Below, in pieces: positions 60,805 through 64,000 of a stretch of 64,000 bases of DNA. Source of the stretch: Macrostomum hystrix. Taxonomy: Eukaryota > Animalia > Platyhelminthes. Below the pieces are notes generated by a model. That model worked only from the letters and a program-made list of their open reading frames with translations, had not been told where the DNA came from and made no database searches. How positions within the stretch are numbered: the first letter of the stretch is position 1; each line of letters begins with the position of its first letter. A program made the position numbers and the translations under genes. The stretch is taken from positions 620,001 to 684,000 of the forward strand of contig CATNEN010000013.1 of NCBI GenBank assembly GCA_950097015.1, in the 5' to 3' direction.

Positions 60805-61574
60805 GTAAGAATCTAAATAAATCGGTTTTGTTCTGAAGTAGAAAACATCGTATGCGGTTCTAAAAATTGCGCTGCGCCAAGACACAACAAATCGGTTGGA
60901 CTCGATAGGACTGTTGAGAGAATTGACTTTGGTGTGGGGAATTAGCGAGAGAACTAGAAGCTAGAAAAAGTAAGATAGAAAAAATAAAATTGGCAGTCAA
61001 ATTATTCGATGATTCCTTAACTTGCACACTACTGAACTTGAAGTTTGAAAGTATTGGCGAGTGGGGACAGGGAAAGCTGCGCTGGGCAGGCGTCACGCAC
61101 GGGCCGCGTGATTCGCTGCTACACCCAAGGTCATTCGGCGTGCGGGGCGTGGGGCTAACCAACGCTAAGCGCTGCCTACTGCTTGTTGTTCTTCTATTTC
61201 TTCCGCCGAAATTCATTTCCCCATGAGATCAGCTGACTTTGCGCACCATCCAAGCCCTTGCACTCGGGGTGGTATCCGTGCGTCTGATGCCATTGTTGGG
61301 AAGAGAAACTCGTACGGTTTGATCTCCTCTCTCCCTCTCGATCTATGCGGATGGGAACGAGCCGTTTCCGCGGCTGTTCATTTTTTCCCTTTCTTTGATG
61401 ACCGGGTAGGGGCCTAATTGATGCGCATCCGGCACTAGACAGGACGATCCTGTCTATACCTGGTTTCTCTATCTGCATGTACGCCTACTCCTCCGCTACA
61501 GATCCAGAATAAGCTGTACCACCGCATAATGCGCCCTGTTTACCCATCGGAAGTCGAATACTCGCTCGCTTTAG

Positions 61575-61632
61575 ACACACACGCACACACACACACACAC
61601 ACACACTTATATATATATATATATATATATAT
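61575..61632. repeat. Compound (CA)n(TA)n microsatellite
   Basis: Direct reading. Confidence 0.93.
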
Positions 61633-61742
61633 AAGCGTATATTGCTTTTGTTGCTGCACTAAAAAGCGACATTAAGCGTCGAGAGGGCGACACCTCATCT
61701 GTGTGTGAATCACCCAAAAGAAAATCAAGTCTTGTACACGCA

Positions 61743-64000
61743 ATGCTGTCATTATTCAAAGGCATTGGGAATCTTCTTGGCCTTAGACGACCTTCACTGC
61801 AGCAGCAACAGCAGCAGCAGCAACAGCAGCAGCAGCAAGAGGCACCGACTCAGAATGTTGCACCTGCCACTGCTTCTTCAAGCGATCTGCCACCAAGGCC
61901 CCGTCAGGAACAGCTTCAGCAGCAACAGAAGAGAAAAGCGCTTAAAAGCGGTGATCCTGACCGCGCTTCATCGACGTCAAACACGACCGTGGCTGGAGCT
62001 CAAAAGGCTGTAAGGTTCAGCGGCTACGCTGACAAAGATGATGACGATGCCGTCAGGAACAGCGTTGGCGTTGCACCGGTCATCGTCACCAAGGAAACGG
62101 ATGACGCCGTTCTTGTGGTGCAATGCGGAGACGACGGAATCAGCGGGGGCGATTCGGTGGCGGGCAGCGATCCCAGCCTGCAGAGCTTCCAGAAAGTCGA
62201 TGCCCCGACTTTTGAAGAAGAACAGGAGCAGCGAGGCGCCACAGGCGGTGGCGAGGTGTCAAGCACCTGCTCAGAGTGCGGCAGCTGCTCCCTGGAAGCC
62301 GGTGAGGATGGCGACGAAGCCGGGCGTCACGGCGTATCAGCCGACTTCAACGATCCAGAGTCGCAGGGCGGACGGTGGCTCCGTCAGCAACAGCTGATTG
62401 GCGAGGAGCAGCGAGTCGAGGATCTGCAGCGCCTAGCCGAGGAGCAGATGATGGAGGAGGACGCGATGGTGATGCGTCTGGAGGCTGAGGAGGCGGAGCA
62501 GCGACATCTGTTGGCCGGAGATCACGGCGCCGACAGCAAATCCATGGGCAACCTCGACAACGATGCTGACAGAGAAGCTCTGAAGAAAACTGTTGGTGAG
62601 CCAGGAATGTCGGAGATCGCCAGTCAGCTGCTGGAGCACGTTGAAGAGCTCAGTCCGGCGGGTGTGGTCCCGGTGGAGCAGACTGCCTTGCAGACCAAGA
62701 TTGAAGGCCAAGTTGGAAGTGCCGACTTTGATGGCCAGCCAAAGCAATTGGCTCATCGCGACGATAGAAAACTAGTTGAGCAAATGGAAGAACAGCAGAT
62801 GGAAGAGCCGAGAAAGCTAGATGAGTGGAGTGAGGAACATGCGCTGGAAGTGCAATTCGAAAGACATCAAAAGCTGCAGGAACAGACAGAGAAGCTGAGG
62901 CAACTAGAGGAACAGTTGGAAGAACAGAGGAAGCTGGAAGAGCAGTTAGACGAGCAGCGTAATCTGGAGGAACAGCGGAAGCTGGAGGAACAACGGAAAC
63001 TGGAGAAGCAGTTAGAAGAACAGCGGAAGTTGGAGGAGCAGTTGGAGGAGCAGCGGAAGCTGGAGGAACAGCGGAAGCTGGAGGAACAGTGGAAACTGGA
63101 GGAGCAGTTGGAAGAACAGCGGAAGCTGGAGGAACAGTTGGAAGAGCAGCGGAAGCTGGAGGAGCAGCGGAAGCTGGAGGAACAGCGGAAGCTGGAGGAA
63201 CAGTGGAAACTGGAGGAGCAGTTGGAAGAACAGCGGAAGCTGGAGGAACAGTTGGAAGAACAGCGGAAACTGGAGGAGCATTTGGAAGAACAGCGGAAGC
63301 TGGAGGAGCAGTTGGAAGAGCAGCGGAAGCTGGAGGAACAGCGGAAACTGGAGGAGCAGTTGGAAGAACAGCAGAAGCTGGAGGAGCAGTTGGAAGAACA
63401 GCGGAAGCTGGAGGAACAGTTTAAAGAACAGCGGAAGCTGGAGGAACAGTTGGAGGAGCAGCGGAAGCTGGAGGAACAGTTGGAGGAGCAGCGGAAGCTG
63501 GAGGAACAGTTGGAGGAGCAGCGGAAGCTGGAGGAGCAGTTGGAGGAGCAGCGGAAGCTGGAGGAGCAGTTGGAGGAGCAGCGGAAGCTGGAGGAGCAGC
63601 GGAAGCTGGAGGAGCAGTTGGAGGAGCAGCGGAAGCTGGAGGAGCAGTTGGAGGAGCAGCGGAAGCTGGAGGAGCAGCGGAAGCTGGAGGAGCAGCTGGA
63701 GGAGCAGCGGAAGCTGGAGGAGCAGCTGGAGGAGCAGCGGAAGCTGGAGGAACAGTTGGAAGAACAGCGGAAGCTGGAGGAACAGTTGGAAGAACAGCGG
63801 AAGCTGGAGGAACAGTTGGAGGAGCAGCGGAAGCTGGAGGAACAGTTGGAGGAGCAGCGGAAGCTGGAGGAGCAGCGGAAGCTGGAGGAGCAGCTGGAGG
63901 AGCAGCGGAAGCTGGAGCAGCAGATGGAATGCCACCTGAATGATGCAGTTGCTACCGAGAATGAAATCGCAGTGCACAAGTCCAGCCTTGATGCTGCGAA
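61743..64000 (+). CDS. Large ORF/exon (>750 codons, open from 61635 to the window end): poly-Q and acidic region followed by EEQLEEQRKL/EEQRKL helical repeats
   Basis: Frame checked line by line, with no stop from 61635 to 64000. First ATG at 61743 (MLSLFKGIGNLLGLRRPSLQQ...). Repeat units of 18 and 30 nt keep the frame and vary largely at third positions. Missing from the track because it has no stop within the window. Confidence 0.85.
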   Translation, partial: MLSLFKGIGNLLGLRRPSLQQQQQQQQQQQQQEAPTQNVAPATASSSDLPPRPRQEQLQQQQKRKALKSGDPDRASSTSNTTVAGAQKAVRFSGYADKDDDDAVRNSVGVAPVIVTKETDDAVLVVQCGDDGISGGDSVAGSDPSLQSFQKVDAPTFEEEQEQRGATGGGEVSSTCSECGSCSLEAGEDGDEAGRHGVSADFNDPESQGGRWLRQQQLIGEEQRVEDLQRLAEEQMMEEDAMVMRLEAEEAEQRHLLAGDHGADSKSMGNLDNDADREALKKTVGEPGMSEIASQLLEHVEELSPAGVVPVEQTALQTKIEGQVGSADFDGQPKQLAHRDDRKLVEQMEEQQMEEPRKLDEWSEEHALEVQFERHQKLQEQTEKLRQLEEQLEEQRKLEEQLDEQRNLEEQRKLEEQRKLEKQLEEQRKLEEQLEEQRKLEEQRKLEEQWKLEEQLEEQRKLEEQLEEQRKLEEQRKLEEQRKLEEQWKLEEQLEEQRKLEEQLEEQRKLEEHLEEQRKLEEQLEEQRKLEEQRKLEEQLEEQQKLEEQLEEQRKLEEQFKEQRKLEEQLEEQRKLEEQLEEQRKLEEQLEEQRKLEEQLEEQRKLEEQLEEQRKLEEQRKLEEQLEEQRKLEEQLEEQRKLEEQRKLEEQLEEQRKLEEQLEEQRKLEEQLEEQRKLEEQLEEQRKLEEQLEEQRKLEEQLEEQRKLEEQRKLEEQLEEQRKLEQQMECHLNDAVATENEIAVHKSSLDAA

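Noticed and set aside
62867-63979. Minus-strand (CSSSFR)n and (LLQLPL)n ORFs
   Set aside because: Antisense readings of the plus-strand EEQRKL repeat.

Overview
Eukaryotic (metazoan) genomic DNA. Short introns, poly-Q/poly-A-rich GC-rich exons and very dense minisatellites suggest a Macrostomum-like flatworm (inference only). By my estimate over a third of the window consists of about 24 different tandem arrays, and these produce most of the long ORFs in the supplied track. Recognisable genes, in order: an intronless GDA1/CD39 NTPDase (-), a Hand-like bHLH (+), an Olig-like bHLH (+), a miR-96-family microRNA hairpin (-), a 4-exon CD164/porimin-like sialomucin (+), an orphan single-exon ORF (-), an Sp17-like RIIa-domain gene with six tandemly duplicated IQ exons (+), and a >750-codon E/Q/K/R-rich helical ORF that runs off the right end and is missing from the ORF track. 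Two tRNA-derived SINE families and a hAT/MER58-like MITE carrying a minisatellite are also present. RFX X-boxes sit next to both miR-96 and the Sp17-like gene, suggesting a ciliated/sensory-cell locus. All gene models were spliced by eye and array boundaries are approximate.
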